A stretch of DNA of 63,529 nt, filler included, from Octopus bimaculoides (Eukaryota), in the NCBI RefSeq assembly GCF_001194135.2. It is 6 parts of 5 records of this genome, joined end to end, with 100 filler letters (N's around TTAATTAATTAA, not from the genome) between each part and the next. Parts side by side here need not be neighbours in the genome. Positions count along the whole stretch, not along the records: positions 11,683 to 33,197 come from NC_068986.1; 5 more parts are not named here. One strand, 5' to 3'. A program made the position numbers and the translations under genes. Positions 12,167 through 24,922 of this stretch are shown piece after piece. Each line of letters begins with the position of its first letter. Positions within the stretch are counted from its first letter, which is position 1. The notes under the pieces were generated by a model. The model was not told the origin of the DNA. It saw nothing but the letters and a program-made list of their open reading frames with translations, and did no database searches.

Positions 12167-12315
12167 TCGAAAAATACCTTAGGAATGAGAACCCAGGTTC
12201 TAAATTTCCCAAGACACCTGATGAAGGCTGGAGGGTATATCAGCTGAAACGTTGTGTTAACAACAAACAAGATGAGGACAAATATCCGTAAAATGTAAAC
12301 AATGTAAATAATGTA
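12058..12315 (+). mobile_element. tRNA-derived SINE carrying a minimal hammerhead ribozyme module
   Basis: Pol III A box tggcgtagtggtt, anticodon-like arm gcgtg-ctACTaa-cccta, B box gagttcgattcc, (AAT)n linker, hammerhead motif 12213-12258, (AATGTAAAY)n tail, candidate 6-bp TSD aagatc at 12052-12057 and 12316-12321. The 3' module recurs at 33160-33197 and 49863-50020. Confidence 0.75.
12213..12258 (+). ncRNA. Minimal type I hammerhead ribozyme motif
   Basis: gacac-CTGATGA-a-ggctgg[agggtata]tcagct-GAAA-CG-TT-gtgtt: stem I gacac/gtgtt, intact CUGAUGA and GAAA core, stem II hairpin, palindromic AACGTT at helix III, GUU cleavage triplet. Confidence 0.7.
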
Positions 12316-13334
12316 AAGATCTAACAAGTTGTCCGTTATAACATCAATACTTGGTTCCATAGGTAGCATTAATGTAACCCACTCTGATGCAAGCGTTTGG
12401 AATTGGCCTCTGACCTAAGGATAACTCAATACTTCTGTATGTTACTTTCTGCTGCAATAACCAACCATGAGTCATGGCCCCCACGTCTCTCCAGCCAATC
12501 CTACCAGTCACAGAAACACTAAAAAGGTCATGGTTGCTAGCCTTCTTTCTCTGATTAAGCTATAAAATAAATTTTATAGCCACCAGTAACTAAAAGAAAT
12601 TGCTTTTGCTATGTAACTCTGCATGCTAACATATTTCTATTGTATTTCGTTTCTTTTTGTGTGTAACTGCTTTGGTTTTCTTATAATCTCTGCGTTCCAT
12701 TTTTAAAAAAATTTTTCATTTTTATATAACTAATTTCTTTTCACTTTTCAACCTGTATTTCTATTGCATTTTTTCTTTTTGTTTTATAACATATTTTCAT
12801 GTGCATTTCGGTTACCATTTAATTGCTTTCATATTTATTATAACCTATATTTCTATTGCGTTTCATTTATTTTTCGTTGTTCGTTCCTCGTGCAGAATAT
12901 TTTCAAATAACTCACTACAAAAAGAAAAACAAAAAAAAAAAGAGAGAAAAAAACAAAACAAAAAGAAATGAAAATATAATCAGACTTTCGTAAGCAAAAT
13001 CAATATATTAACTATGGAAGCTTTTTTCCATGCGAGCTAAAAACCATCACAGATACTTCACACATGAAACACATTATGAAAGTAACAAGAAGTTAACTGT
13101 TAAACGATTTCAAAATCAGCAATGATGATTTTTATCAGTTATAACATCATTTTCATGATACTTTGCTGCCTACTACAAAACGCTGCAACAACGCAACACT
13201 ACCATCTCTAAATTTAAAAAAGGAGGTCGAGAATTTCTCGAAACTTTAATGGGCTTCAAATCGTCATTCCAAACACAGCATAAACGATTGGTCGTGTCTG
13301 AAATATGTATATACATGCATACATACATATATAC

Positions 13335-13480
13335 GTGAAGGCGCGTGGCTTAGTGGTTAGGAGCATTCGGCTCATGATCGTAAGGTCGTGAGTTCAATTC
13401 TCGGCGGCGCGTTGTGTCCTTGAGCAAGATACTTTATTCCACATTGCTCCAGTTCACTCAGCTGGCAAAAATGACTAGTA
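13335..13480 (+). mobile_element. tRNA-derived SINE, family D fragment
   Basis: ggcgcgtggcttagtggttagg...gagttcaattc followed by gttgtgtccttgagcaagatacttta; related pieces at about 24960-25210 and 28375-28640. Confidence 0.7.
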
Positions 13481-14713
13481 CCTGCATTTCAAAGCGTGAA
13501 GCTTCCTATCTCGGAAATGCGAGCATGCGTACAACAGCCAAACACCGCGTCGCTGGAACTGTGAAACGCACAGTTCTATACAAGGATTTTTATATTTTTT
13601 CATAAACTAGGGGATGGCTACTGGTATTAAGCTTAAGTATAAAAAAAGAATTTTAAAAAAAAGGACTCATTATATTGAATGTTATCGATAATATCGAGTG
13701 GAAATAGGGGGTGCTGCAGTTCCGCAGTGCTTAAACACGAGCAGCCACTGTTGGTAATATATAACAACTCTTCCCTTTTTATTTAAAGTTATTGATATAA
13801 AAATTGTTAAGTGTAAGTAACAAAAAGTGTTCTTTATTTACGTAGTTTATCGGAGGGAGAATTTCCGTAAAAGATATGAACAGAAATTTAGAGCTACAAT
13901 AACTACAACCTATATTACCCCATAGATATAGAGTTAAGCTATGATAATGGATATCAAAATATTACTAGTTTTTTTTTTATATAAGTAACCACATTTGAAG
14001 TTAGTTAAATAAAGATTATTCACAGTAACTAACAAGTAAATGTCCTTATATACGCATATTATGGAAGGGAGAACTCAGTAAATAAAATAAAGTAAGATCA
14101 ACAAAAACATAAAGATTGGGTACCGATCAACGATAAATATAATCAATAATATTTTTTTAGATAAAAGACTATAAATAGTATATATCCAGATTTTATTAAT
14201 TCTCTCAGAAGTAATAAAATTATATTGTTGTAATAAGAGCACAAGATATAAACTATACAATACTATAAGAAATATTATTGTAGTTACTAAGTTTAGTTAG
14301 TAAGTCAATTAAAACTATTCATTTATTATTATTATTATTATAATTATTATTATTATTATCAATTAATAAACTAAATGAATGTATTTATACATATAATTAT
14401 TTAGTATAATGAAGATATCTTTGTAATTTGTAATTAATATCAAATTACTAATATAATGATGTATTTTACAGTAAATACAAGAATTTGCACTAGAAAGATT
14501 CGACATATTTTGATTTAATCGACTAAAAAAATAATTTTCTAAATTCTACATTATTATATAGATTAAGATGACAAAACTTAAAGATATAAATACACACAAA
14601 CAAGCACGCACACACACACACACACGTACACATACATATATGTACATACATGTAGATATACTCATATATACCTGCACCCATATATACACACATATGGATA
14701 CCCATACACATAC

Positions 14714-14770
<57 letters not shown>

Positions 14771-15029
14771 CACATACAGACAGACGTACAGTTTTACATA
14801 TATTCATATACGCATATACATATATAAATCCAAGAACGCAAATATATATATACACATACATATAAACACACATACATGCATACATATACACATATATACA
14901 TGTACATACACACATACATACACTTATACACGTATATATACATTCAACATATATGCCCTCCTTTATACGTACACATATCCATATCCATACACATATACAC
15001 ATATATACATAGACATATATTCACATGTT

Positions 15030-15097
<68 letters not shown>

Positions 15098-15107
15098 AAG
15101 TGAGAAT

Positions 15108-15260
15108 TTACAAAAAACAAAAGACGAAGACAGATGTGTAAACAACAAACAGATGTATTAGTTTAACGCTCGAGAAGTGAGAAAGTCTTTTACGTTTCGA
15201 GCCTAAGCTCTTTAACAGAAAGGAACACAGAAATAAACAGGGAGAGAAAATAGAAAAAGG
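15108..15260 (-). mobile_element. Penelope-like pseudo-LTR relic with degenerate minimal hammerhead (about 15187-15221)
   Basis: Minus strand cttt-CTGTTAA-a-gagc[ttag]gctc-GAAA-CG-TA-aaag; stems intact, core decayed. A similar relic lies near 44503-44545 (ttt-CCGACGA-a-gagctccgctc-AAAA-CG-TC). Confidence 0.5.
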
Positions 15261-15481
15261 TTTAGTGACATATAAATTGACATAATGAGGTAAAAAAAAA
15301 ACCAAGGCGGTAAATAGATTTCATAACATTTATCAAGAAAAGATCTTACAGCTGTTTCCAGGATATTTTAAATATCCCTTCATACCTTCATTTTAAATAG
15401 CCCTTCACACACACACACACACACACACACATTTACATGTATATACACATACACTCATACATACACTTATACACAGATTTT

Positions 15482-15517
<36 letters not shown>

Positions 15518-16406
15518 NNNNNNNNNNNNNNNNNNNNNNNNNNNNNNNNNNNNNNNNNNNNNNNNNNNNNNNNNNNNNNNNNNNNNNNNNNNNNNNNNNN
15601 NNNNNNNNNNNNNNNNNNNNNNNNNNNNNNNNNNNNNNNNNNNNNNNNNNNNNNNNNNNNNNNNNNNNNNNNNNNNNNNNNNNNNNNNNNNNNNNNNNNN
15701 NNNNNNNNNNNNNNNNNNNNNNACACACACACACACACATTTACATGTATATACACATACACACACTTACACAACGATACGTGTGTGTGTACGCTTACAA
15801 TCCATCTGACCAATAGACGCAGAAATACTTTTGGTTGATGGCAGGGCGCGCACTAACACCACCAGGAATGAAGGATCCCAAGCTGTTGTCACAGTATCCT
15901 TCTAGGAAAGCGACACTGATGTAACAATCTGAAGTTTCACGAGATTACTGGTCAACTCGCTTCAGCCTCTCACTAGTTAATAATTACGGAGACTCAGAGA
16001 ATGGTGCTCGTGTTGTACAAGCGTCTATTACTAGAATCCTGTGACGTCTCTTTATGGTGATCTCATTTGTCATTCTATTTGCTGAAAGTCCTACGGCGAT
16101 GGAAGAGTGGCAACGTGCTTACACCTAATCAGTTTGAAGCACATGTAAGTTACAATTTTCGTCTATCACCTATGCATCAAGTCAAGCAGATCTGCAACAA
16201 GACTGAAGAGTCATCTGAGAGGTTATAGACGGAGAGTCTGAAACGCAATTGACAACAAGAAAGCACAATGAAACAGTAATCATCTGTGAGGACAGAGCGA
16301 TCATCACACACACAAACACATACACACACAGACACATACACACACACGCCTCCACCCTCACAATGAGCGTCTCTATGTGTCTACATGTGGGTATGTGTGT
16401 GTGTAT

Positions 16407-16451
<45 letters not shown>

Positions 16452-16489
16452 CACGCACATACATACGCACACGTGCATATATATATATC

Positions 16490-17675
16490 CAGGGTCTTGC
16501 AGATAAATTGAGACAATTTTTTACGATGCATGAAACTGGTTATAAATATTAAAATAATGGTAGTAGGCAGATAAGATTTTAATGTAACATTTATTACAAC
16601 AAAAACATTTATCACTCAATATGGCTGCCCTTTTGGGCAATTACTGCCGCCACACGAGAACGAAATTTTTTTGCAGCTGCCGCAACCTCTGCCTTTTCGA
16701 TTTCGTGTGTCGCACGCACGATACAGGTCTTCAAACTGTTGACACTTGAGTATGGTGAAGCAGTGGTCTCTGCTTGAACTACGCCCCATAAAAAGTAATC
16801 GAGAAGTTTGAAAGTTGGGTAATTACTAGGGCAAATCTTGGCCCGCACAAAAAAATGGAACCTTTCCACCAAGGAAGGCCTGGACAAGCACCATATTATC
16901 AAGCCCAAATTTCTGCTTCATCGTAGGTAACAGTGATTTCTTCAGGATGTTCAGTTACCCCTTTGTGCCGATCTTCAAGTCAGACAATGAAGTGTCGATC
17001 CATGACACTTCCATCACTCGTCACAGCTATAAATACCATCACAGAGGCGGATGCTTAGTCTCAAACACAGCGGGGACGTCAGAAGGGTTGTATGCAATCA
17101 CATGAGAGTTTCTGCGATTCACTTCAGCGTCCACAGTGAACTTCTTCTCGTCCACAAATACGAGAGATTTTTTTCTGCACCTTGATGCTTGATGAATGAC
17201 AGAAACTTTGGGCATCTCTCGGCTCTGATTGCTTTGGCCTTGGCTGTTAGGAAGTGATGGCGTCTTCGAACATAGCTAGTCATGCCAAGGTTTCGGTTCA
17301 CAGCTCTGGACACCGTAGAAAGGGACACATTGCGTTTCTTTGCAAGAGTTGTCATGGATGTAGATGGGTTGGCTTCAATCAAGCGCTTGAGGCCAGCGAG
17401 AAACTTTGGATTGCTCTTACAGGATAAGCTGTTGCTTTTCGATGTTTCGTCAACTAAACAATTTTATTGGCAGTGAGCCTGGCACGCGCCAAAACAACAA
17501 TAGTGGAACGATTGTGTTGTTCCATGACTTTCTATTGTCGAATTAGTTCGCTATTTACCTGAAAAATAAAGAGGAGGATTAGATATTGGAGCAAGCAAGG
17601 TTTTGCCAAAACTGAAATGTTAAATACAATAAGTCAGCTGCTTAAAATTGGTCTCAATTTATCTGCAAGACCCTG
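16490..17675 (-). mobile_element. Full-length but decayed Tc1/mariner-superfamily DNA transposon (maT/DD37D-like)
   Basis: About 31-bp TIRs cagggtcttgcagataaattgagacaatttt / aaaattggtctcaatttatctgcaagaccctg, TA on the right flank. Frameshifted transposase 17525-16612 with HTH (STSMTTLAKKRNVSLSTVSRAV), VFVDEKKFTVD and LDYFLWGVVQ...IE*. Confidence 0.9.
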
Positions 17676-18921
17676 TATATACATATATATATATATATAN
17701 NNNNNNNNNNNNNNNNNNNNNNNNNNNNNNNNNNNNNNNNNNNNNNNNNNNNNNNNNNNNNNNNNNNNNNNNNNNNNNNNNNNNNNNNNNNNNNNNNNNN
17801 NNNNNNNNNNNNNNNNNNNNNNNNNNNNNNNNNNNNNNNNNNNNNNNNNNNNNNNNNNNNNNNNNNNNNNNNNNNNNNNNNNNNNNNNNNNNNNNNNNNN
17901 NNNNNNNNNNNNNNNNNNNNNNNNNNNNNNNNNNNNNNNNNNNNNNNNNNNNNNNNNNNNNNNNNNNNNNNNNNNNNNNNNNNNNNNNNNNNNNNNNNNN
18001 NNNNNNNNNNNNNNNNNNNNNNNNNNNNNNNNNNNNNNNNNNNNNNNNNNNNNNNNNNNNNNNNNNNNNNNNNNNNNNNNNNNNNNNNNNNNNNNNNNNN
18101 NNNNNNNNNNNNNNNNNNNNNNNNNNNNNNNNNNNNNNNNNNNNNNNNNNNNNNNNNNNNNNNNNNNNNNNNNNNNNNNNNNNNNNNNNNNNNNNNNNNN
18201 NNNNNNNNNNNNNNNNNNNNNNNNNNNNNNNNNNNNNNNNNNNNNNNNNNNNNNNNNNNNNNNNNNNNNNNNNNNNNNNNNNNNNNNNNNNNNNNNNNNN
18301 NNNNNNNNNNNNNNNNNNNNNNNNNNNNNNNNNNNNNNNNNNNNNNNNNNNNNNNNNNNNNNNNNNNNNNNNNNNNNNNNNNNNNNNNNNNNNNNNNNNN
18401 NNNNNNNNNNNNNNNNNNNNNNNNNNNNNNNNNNNNNNNNNNNNNNNNNNNNNNNNNNNNNNNNNNNNNNNNNNNNNNNNNNNNNNNNNNNNNNNNNNNN
18501 NNNNNNNNNNNNNNNNNNNNNNNNNNNNNNNNNNNNNNNNNNNNNNNNTATATACATATGTATACATATTTATATATACATACACACACACATATATATG
18601 CATGTATGTATGTATCGCTTTTCTTTTTTAGCACACTTAATGGTCAATCTTCAACCTGTATTATATTTCGCCAGCTTTTAATGCTGCTTACGCGTTAGAA
18701 TGTTAACAAATTAACTACAGGTATGCGAAACAAACATTGATGCCATTGATTAGATGCCATTCCAGTGGAAGGGTGTGGGTGTGGGTGGGTGGCGGCTGGG
18801 GTCGAGGGAAGCCACGGAACTCAACTCTTCTTCGTAATGTTTTCTCTCTGGTATATTTTGTTTGTTTCTTTCATATTTTATCTGTTTGTTTCTTTCTCTC
18901 TCCAGTTCTACTCTCGTTTTC

Positions 18922-19000
<79 letters not shown>

Positions 19001-19004
19001 TTTT

Positions 19005-19036
<32 letters not shown>

Positions 19037-19269
19037 ATTGTTTGTCTTGTTTCTTGTATTATAGAGCGTTACTCTGAGTATTAATCGCTTCATTGNNNNN
19101 NNNNNNNNNNNNNNNNNNNNNNNNNNNNNNNNNNNNNNNNNNNNNNNNNNNNNNNNNNNNNNNNNNNNNNNNNNNNNNNNNNNNNNNNNNNNNNNNNNNN
19201 NNNNNNNNNNNNNNNNNNNNNNNNNNNNNNNNNNNNNNNNNNNNNNNNNNNNNNNNNNNNNNNNNNNNN

Positions 19270-19301
<32 letters not shown>

Positions 19302-19699
19302 TACAGTACATCTGTGAGACCTTGATGACTGCCATGAGGCAGGAAAGTATACTAGTCCTTATGTATTTAATACTCAATATTTCATATATTCAAACTTATC
19401 CTCAAGTAAAGACATTTTTGATGCAATGGCCCCCTATCACAACAACTCTCTGGCAGCCAGCAGGTTTAAGGACTGTATCACCTATATGCTGGGATTTAAT
19501 GCTCACAAAAGAAAGCGCCACCTCACAGTCTTGTTTTTCCTCACTTTTTTTTTACTCAACGTCACTACCTGCGTAGGCAGAGTCTTTCTTTAATTAGCAG
19601 ATAAGCACTTCACACGATTCTATAGACATAGGAGAGTATTCAGTAGACATAACTTAAGCGTCTCGTTTAGCTGTGCACCTTGTGTAGAAAAAGATGTTA

Positions 19700-20090
19700 G
19701 CGATCGTACACAAAACCCGTGCAGAAGCAGGATACTCCTGTAGGGCTAGCAGTGACTGTCCAGTAAATGGTCGATGCAACACTGACCAATTTAAAACCGG
19801 GATAAATAACCACAGGTCCTGCTTGAGGATTCCAGAGAAGCGCAACGTTACAACTTTAGTAAGCTGTATATGGCGAGTAAAGAGGTAGGAACGCCATACA
19901 AAGCTTAATTGGAAACTGCTGAAACAAATTGGACCACACCTCAACGGAAACAAACGGTGCAAACTTTGCCTAGTCGAGAGGACAATGATCCTAAAATTTT
20001 GTTCGGTCTGGAATCCTTCTTGAATCGAAAAGGTGAAAGTTTTAGCCGCTGCACCCATGGTAGAAAATTCATTTGGAAACATGGTCTTCA
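19700..20090 (+). mobile_element. Penelope-like GIY-YIG endonuclease fragment
   Basis: YSCRASSDCPVNGRC...NNHRSCLR...TTLVSCIW...WKLLK...CKLCLVERTMIL; same clade pattern as the 30100-30450 segment. Confidence 0.75.
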
Positions 20091-20411
20091 CTGATTGTGG
20101 ATTAGAGAACGGAACCCTACCCTAAAAATAAACGTACACTGGTACAGCTGCTCAATTGGGCTACGGATGGAATCTTAAAAGGGAAGGCAACTCTTCTTCC
20201 CTCTCAGAAACGGTTTTTTCCCCGCTTTGTCACTAAACTGACCAAGACAGTATACTTATCTAAGTCAGTAAAGAGACTATGCGATTCTGCCCTGTATGTC
20301 TGATGGTTCACCCGTATTATCAAGTGCGATAGTAGACGCGAGAGCAATGGTATCTTTCTGACCGATTATATGCCATAACTAATAATATACTACTCAACCA
20401 CATAAAAGTAC

Positions 20412-20467
<56 letters not shown>

Positions 20468-21019
20468 GTATATAATTCAACTGTCCATATGATCACATGC
20501 ACATACATATATATGTGTGTGAGTGTGTTATTTCTTTACTGCCCACAAGGGGATACACACAGAGGGGACAAACAAGGACAGACAAACGGATTAAGTCGAT
20601 TATATCGACCCCAGTGCGTAACTGGTACTTATTTAATCGACCCCGAAAGGATAAAAGGCAAAGTCGAATCGGCGGAATTTGAACTCAGAACGTAGCGGCA
20701 GACGAAATACCGCCAAGCATTTCACCCGGCGTGCTAACGTTTCTGCCAGCTCGCCGCCTTATTGTGTATGAGAGTGTGTGTGTGCATGTGTGCGTGTGTG
20801 TGTGTGTGTGTGTGTATGTGTGCATATATATATACACATATATACACATATAGCATAACGCTTAAAACATTTCCTATTGATTCAAGTAGCTTAGTAGTGT
20901 TTAGACTGTTGGGATCACGACCGCTACAGTTTGATTTGCATCTCCCTCCCCTCCTCCTCTCTCTCTCCCCCTCTCTTCCTCCTATGTATCTCTCTCACTT
21001 TCTCTGTGTCTGTATGTAT

Positions 21020-21063
<44 letters not shown>

Positions 21064-22791
21064 ATATTACTCTGCAAGCAAAAGAGGATAAATATGAGAG
21101 ATAAGGTGAAGTGGTAGAGGGAGAGAACTATTGATTTTTAAACAGAGAGGTGTTTAGCTTGCATGTGTTCCGTCGGTAGATGGCGTGTGCCGTGTGGCGT
21201 GTAACAGAGGCATGTGGATTCAATCTGTCTTAATTCAACAACTAGCTCTGCATTATCTGTGTAAATTTATATCCATTGATTTAGTACGCTTATTGATTAT
21301 GTCAGTGTAATTTTTGTTTTGTTCATTTTAATACGTACACGCACGCACACACACACACGCATGGGCGCGCGCACATATACACGCATATGTATTGCATGTG
21401 TGTTGACGCCATATGTCCGTACAAACACAAACTGAAAAATAAATTTATCCCTGCATGTGCCGCTTCCTTCTCCTTCACCTCCTCCACTCCCTCTTCCTCG
21501 TCCTCCCCTCTTCCTCGTCATCCCCTCTTCTCTCTCTCCTCCCACTCTCATTCACTCTGTTTTTATATCTCAGCCATACACATACCCATACGCAAGTGTA
21601 TCTATGCACACATACACACATGTATGTATGTACGTACGTATGTATGTATGTATGTATGTATTATATGTATGTATGTATTNNNNNNNNNNNNNNNNNNNNN
21701 NNNNNNNNNNNNNNNNNNNNNNNNNNNNNNNNNNNNNNNNNNNNNNNNNNNNNNNNNNNNNNNNNNNNNNNNNNNNNNNNNNNNNNNNNNNNNNNNNNNN
21801 NNNNNNNNNNNNNNNNNNNNNNNNNNNNNNNNNNNNNNNNNNNNNNNNNNNNNNNNNNNNNNNNNNNNNNNNNNNNNNNNNNNNNNNNNNNNNNNNNNNN
21901 NNNNNNNNNNNNNNNNNNNNNNNNNNNNNNNNNNNNNNNNNNNNNNNNNNNNNNNNNNNNNNNNNNNNNNNNNNNNNNNNNNNNNNNNNNNNNNNNNNNN
22001 NNNNNNNNNNNNNNNNNNNNNNNNNNNNNNNNNNNNNNNNNNNNNNNNNNNNNNNNNNNNNNNNNNNNNNNNNNNNNNNNNNNNNNNNNNNNNNNNNNNN
22101 NNNNNNNNNNNNNNNNNNNNNNNNNNNNNNNNNNNNNNNNNNNNNNNNNNNNNNNNNNNNNNNNNNNNNNNNNNNNNNNNNNNNNNNNNNNNNNNNNNNN
22201 NNNNNNNNNNNNNNNNNNNNNAAAGAAAATAAATACATATAATAAAATATATAATATATATATATATATCTTGGAAATAAAATAATTCATTTAACATATG
22301 CGTTTTACTCCATTTACTAAATTTGTATATTTACTCAAGTACCCAAAATAACAAAGAGTTTCTACCTCATAAACAGGAGTTACACCACAGTCATTTTGTG
22401 ATCTTTGCTACCCTGGTATCTATTAACCAATTTATTTTGTCGGAGTTAATTATTAACTTAAAGAAAATAAATACATATAATAAAATATATAATATATATA
22501 TATATATTAATAGATATCGCCAAGCCAACATGGCAGACCAAAAAAATAGGACGAATGGTGCCGTTGATTAGCTCCAAGAGGCCATCGCCTCTAGCTAGCT
22601 ATGTGACACACGAATCTGTGTCCATTACGACCTTTGAACAGGGGAGGTCAGCCGCTTCCCCTTGCTGGTCTGACATCTACAGACTAGTTTCGGGGTGTTT
22701 GCCCCTTATCAATATAGAGCAGCCGAACCCAACACAAATATACACACATACACCTAAAATATGCTTTATATATACATATGTGTACTAAATC

Positions 22792-22857
<66 letters not shown>

Positions 22858-23852
22858 CACATACATATACAAACATATATATACATATATATATATATAT
22901 ACATACATATATATACATATATATACATATGCATGTATATATGTATTCACAAACACACACACACACATATATGTGCATATATTTGTGTGACTGTAGTTCG
23001 GTTTGTCCCACCACCATTCTAGGTGCAATCTATGGTCATATGTAACCAAAGGGGTTCTTTAAAGGGGTTCTNNNNNNNNNNNNNNNNNNNNNNNNNNNNN
23101 NNNNNNNNNNNNNNNNNNNNNNNNNNNNNNNNNNNNNNNNNNNNNNNNNNNNNNNNNNNNNNNNNNNNNNNNNNNNNNNNNNNNNNNNNNNNNNNNNNNN
23201 NNNNNNNNNNNNNNNNNNNNNNNNNNNNNNNNNNNNNNNNNNNNNNNNNNNNNNNNNNNNNNNNNNNNNNNNNNNNNNNNNNNNNNNNNNNNNNNNNNNN
23301 NNNNNNNNNNNNNNNNNNNNNNNNNNNNNNNNNNNNNNNNNNNNNNNNNNNNNNNNNNNNNNNNNNNNNNNNNNNNNNNNNNNNNNNNNNNNNNNNNNNN
23401 NNNNNNNNNNNNNNNNNNNNNNNNNNNNNNNNNNNNNNNNNNNNNNNNNNNNNNNNNNNNNNNNNNNNNNNNNNNNNNNNNNNNNNNNNNNNNNNNNNNN
23501 NNNNNNNNNNNNNNNNNNNNNNNNNNNNNNNNNNNNNNNNNNNNNNNNNNNNNNNNNNNNNNNNNNNNNNNNNNNNNNNNNNNNNNNNNNNNNNNNNNNN
23601 NNNNNNNNNNNNNNNNNNNNNNNNNNNNNNNNNNNNNNNNNNNNNNNNNNNNNNNNNNNNNNNNNNNNNNNNNNNNNNNNNNNNNNNNNNNNNNNNNNNN
23701 NNNNNNNNNNNNNNNNNNNNNNNNNNNNNNNNNNNNNNNNNNNNNNNNNNNNNNNNNNNNNNNNNNNNNNNNTATATATATATAATATATAAATATATAT
23801 ATAAATAAAAATATAATATAATATATAAATATATATTATATATATATACATA

Positions 23853-24560
23853 CTAGTAGAGATACTCGGCGTTGTTCGGGATTAAAATGGTATAGTTTGT
23901 ACTTACACCACCTGTCCTCGTCTGTTGTTGTTTTTTTCGTACATTCTCCCTCCTATATATATGTTAAAGTTATGTTGAAATAGGTGATACGGGAAAGTGC
24001 AGCATTGACGACAAAACACTTGTGAAGTAAATGATGGTCTAATTCGACTAAACGACAAGTAATACGTTCGTTTGGAGGATTCCAGGCCCTAACCTGTCAT
24101 CGAAAATTGTGTGGGGTGGGGTATGTAGTTTTTGAACCCACCGAAAAGCTGTCCGTGGCGGTCAGCTTCGAGGCGGTCAGCGCTGCGTCTAACACGATCC
24201 ATCGTATTGTTGACAGTTAAATGAATGGAGGTGTAATGGAGATATTGTACGTAAATGGGTACATTCCGGAAATGGGCTGCAATGGGAGACGACAACGGGG
24301 AAGTGAACCATTGAAATGCTGCAGAAGGTAAAGGGTTGACATTGGATTGCTGGTGTGGCTGTAGAATAAGAAACATAAAGTGAATCTATGCAGTCACATG
24401 AGAATATGTAGTAATGAATTTCTTGACAAACTAAGGTATAATGGCTTACCGCGTGGTTGGTGGGAGTAATTGGATAATATGCTTTGATACTGAAGGCCAT
24501 CCAGGAAACTGCTTTGTTGGTGCAGTCTTCGGGTTTGTTGGTATTTTTAATATATAGATA
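23853..24560. mobile_element. Helitron-like relic
   Basis: Left end CTAG with adjacent degenerate hairpin ctcggcgttgttcggg (a Helitron-type 3' end on the minus strand); Pif1-like motif EFLDKLRYNGLP on + at 24416-24451. Confidence 0.5.
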
Positions 24561-24883
24561 TGTATATCTATGTGTAGATGTATGTCAATAACGTACCTAA
24601 CACGGAAAGACGCACTTTATGAGGCATATACACACTCATACACTTACACACATACACTCACAGACAGATATAATCATATACAAAATGTGATGTCCTTGTT
24701 GTGGCATAAAATGTCCTGTTGACAATAGAAAGATTATCTCTATGAAATATTATATTGTTTTAATCGAAATGAAAGTAAAATTTCGTATTGACGCTGGCTA
24801 GCCCTCACATACATATAGTAAGATAGACACATACATACATTCACGCATTTCAGTCGTCACATAAGTATATATGNNNNNNNNNN

Positions 24884-24922
<39 letters not shown>

